A stretch of DNA of 63,257 bases, the filler included, from Octopus bimaculoides (Eukaryota): NCBI RefSeq assembly GCF_001194135.2. It is 6 parts of 5 records of this genome, joined end to end, with 100 filler letters (N's around TTAATTAATTAA, not from the genome) between each part and the next. Parts side by side here need not be neighbours in the genome. Positions count along the whole stretch, not along the records: positions 54,470 to 61,986 come from NC_068993.1; positions 62,087 to 63,257 come from NC_069005.1; 4 more parts are not named here. One strand, 5' to 3'. The notes under the pieces are model-generated. The model saw nothing but the letters and a program-made list of their open reading frames with translations. It was not told where the DNA came from and made no database searches. Shown here piece after piece: positions 60,616-63,257 of the stretch; the stretch's first letter is position 1, and each line of letters opens with the position of its first letter. A program made the translations under genes and the position numbers.

Positions 60616-61079
60616 TATATATATGTACACACATGCATACACATATATACAGACACATGTAGTTTACTAACTGCTCTGTTGAGGTAAGATCAACAAAAAA
60701 TTTACTCCATCCAGTGAGGGATAAATATCATTTAATATACGCAGTATGCAGATACGAGCTACTAATAGTTTCTTGCATGGGAAACGCGGGTCTAGGCAGC
60801 TTTTTATAACACGTCTTCTGTCTCCTAGCAATCAAGGTTGTTTGGAAACACAAGCCGTATTATAAAGGCCTAGTCCCGCATCTCGAATGCAAGAGACTAT
60901 TAGCAACTCGTATCTTCATATTCTGTACATTAAATTATATATATATATATTTTTTTGAAGAAAAGCAACAAAAGTGTATTAGGTTATAGCAGTACGTACG
61001 CTTCGAACTAACTTTATTTATTTATGTAGTGAGAACACCACATAAGATGTGCAATGAAANNNNNNNNNNATATATATAT

Positions 61080-61430
61080 ACATATATGTAAGTGTATATA
61101 CATATATACATGTGTGTGTGTGTAGGTATGTGCATGTTTGCGTATGTATGTGTGTGCGTGTGTGCGTGTGTGGGTATTTGCATGTTTGTATATATACAGG
61201 AATGTAAGTATACATACAGGCACGTATGTATAGGTGAGCCTGTATGTGCATATGTATATGTGAAGGTTTCTGTATGGGTGTGTGTGTGTATGTGTATGGG
61301 TGTATGTGTGTGTATGGGTATGTATGCATGAGTGTATGTATATGTGTATATGCATGTGTCTGTGCATGTGCGTGCACGCACGTGTTTGTACATATGTGTG
61401 TGCGCGCTCGCACACACATATGTAAACATT
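61080..61430. repeat. Degenerate (TG/TA)n dinucleotide tract
   Basis: Almost pure purine/pyrimidine alternation. Confidence 0.9.
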
Positions 61431-62614
61431 CACTATACTTATCTCCCCATATTCAAATAACTCTTTGGTTTCAACCTTTAGTATCACGTCAAAAACACCC
61501 TCTCTTTATATTTCTATGTAAACTAGCGTTCTTATTCCTAAAGCCCATGGAATAATATCGTTGACCCCTTTATATCTCTATGTAAACAAACATTCTAACG
61601 GTCACTGACCATGGAACATCTCAGCTTGTAAGTTACCCCATTATTTCGTTTTTGTCTTGCTATTACATGTTTTACTATGAACTCCCTGAAGAGAAATAAA
61701 TGAGGAACCCCAACAGCTCTTTCTTCTTTGTGAAAGTACTATCATTTATTTCGAAACATATATGTAGGAATTAAAGGAACTTTCATTGACATGCGTTTTG
61801 CTCCATTTATTATTATCCATATCTTCTCAAAATGTATCACTTTAACTTGGTATATCAACCTGTAAAACGGCTGGGATATCTTGTTTTTTAGTGTAATTTT
61901 GCTACCTCTGGTAACTATTAACGTATTTAAATTATCGAAAGTTTTAATAACTGGGATAATATTAATATATACATAAACTATTTTATNNNNNNNNNNNNNN
62001 NNNNNNNNNNNNNNNNNNNNNNNNNNNNNNTTAATTAATTAANNNNNNNNNNNNNNNNNNNNNNNNNNNNNNNNNNNNNNNNNNNNTATATATATATATA
62101 TATGTATGTATATATATATTATATATGTATATATGAATATAAATTTAGTTATCATGTATATTTGTATGTGTGTGCGTATACATATAGTATATTCATAAAC
62201 AAATACAGAAAATCTACAAACATATACAACACATATATTTATGTGTAAATATAGGTGTGCGTACGTGTGTGTATTTTGCGTATATATGTAGGTGTGTATG
62301 TGTGTACATACAATAAAATATTAATGAAGAAATACATAATCATTACACTCACATACAGACATACACATATGTATGTATGTATATATGCACGTACGTATGT
62401 GTAACATATGTGCCTGCGCATGTGATTGTATGCCTGCTTGCATACCAGACACACACTCACACACACTCACACACGCACACACACACACACACACATACAC
62501 ACAATAAAACCCCATAAGGAAATAGGTGATTGTAGAGAAAAGAAAAACTGAGACAAACACAGAGATAAAGGGAGACAAAGGGATAGAAGAGGAGAGAAAG
62601 AAAGACAGAGAGAA

Positions 62615-62619
<5 letters not shown>

Positions 62620-62692
<73 letters not shown>
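62620..62692. repeat. (AG)n microsatellite
   Basis: Direct reading. Confidence 0.95.
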
Positions 62693-62697
<5 letters not shown>

Positions 62698-63083
62698 ACG
62701 GCGGAGAGTAAAAGAATCGAGAAGAACGTGAATATAAACATGGTGTTGGTGCGGAAGAGTTATAGTGAAAGTAGAAACGTGGTTGTTGTTGTTGTTGTTG
62801 ATGTTGTTATTGTTGAATGTTTGTGTTTGCAAAAGACAGGTCGGTGGTGGTGGTAGAGGTGGTAGTAGTAGTGGTGGTGGTCGTGGTGGTCGTGGTGGTA
62901 GTGATGGTGGTGGTGGTGGTGGTTATGGTGGGGTGTTAAATTAACGTTCATCATCCGACATTTATCGCCCTTTTACTAAATCTCATTATCTTTAATCATG
63001 CTATTAAACAGTTAACCATTTTGGCAATGAAAAGATAAAGACCTAACTGTATCTTATATTGGTCATAGAGGTGTAGAATAATT

Positions 63084-63152
<69 letters not shown>

Positions 63153-63257
63153 AATATATATGTATATAATTGTGTGCTTTCTTTTATATCTGCACCTATG
63201 TATGTTCATTTATACACATATAAATGAGAATAAATGTGTGTGTATGTGTGTGTATGT

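Overview
AT-rich, repeat-dense eukaryotic genomic DNA with many N gaps. The SINE repertoire and microsatellite load suggest an octopus or another cephalopod (inference, not a database result). Most ORFs in the supplied track are artefacts of N-runs or microsatellites. Well supported: a full-length but dead Tc1 transposon (28-1283, 44-bp TIRs, TA TSD); a mariner remnant; an L1/Tx1-like LINE (ORF1 plus the start of ORF2) whose ORF1 holds a hairpin-forming minisatellite; at least four tRNA-derived SINE families; RTE remnants; two MITEs with clear TIR/TSD; and a 51.7-56.9 kb nest of R4/Dong-like, Tx1-like and Penelope-like retroelements around (AAT)n tracts, including a minimal hammerhead-ribozyme-like motif just after the Penelope GIY-YIG ORF. 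The best host gene is three in-phase + strand exons (43079-47236) encoding an unnamed HEXXH zinc-metallopeptidase-like protein that resembles bacterial-type proteins; its 5' and 3' exons were not found. Weaker leads: two small exons that could encode an Ig V/J-like YxC...FGKGT segment (5264-5446), a paired E-box promoter with a possible signal-peptide exon (~10.5 kb), and a CpG-depleted 15-42 kb domain (likely a methylated gene body) with unrecognised candidate exons. All exon calls are by eye and need RNA-seq or homology confirmation.
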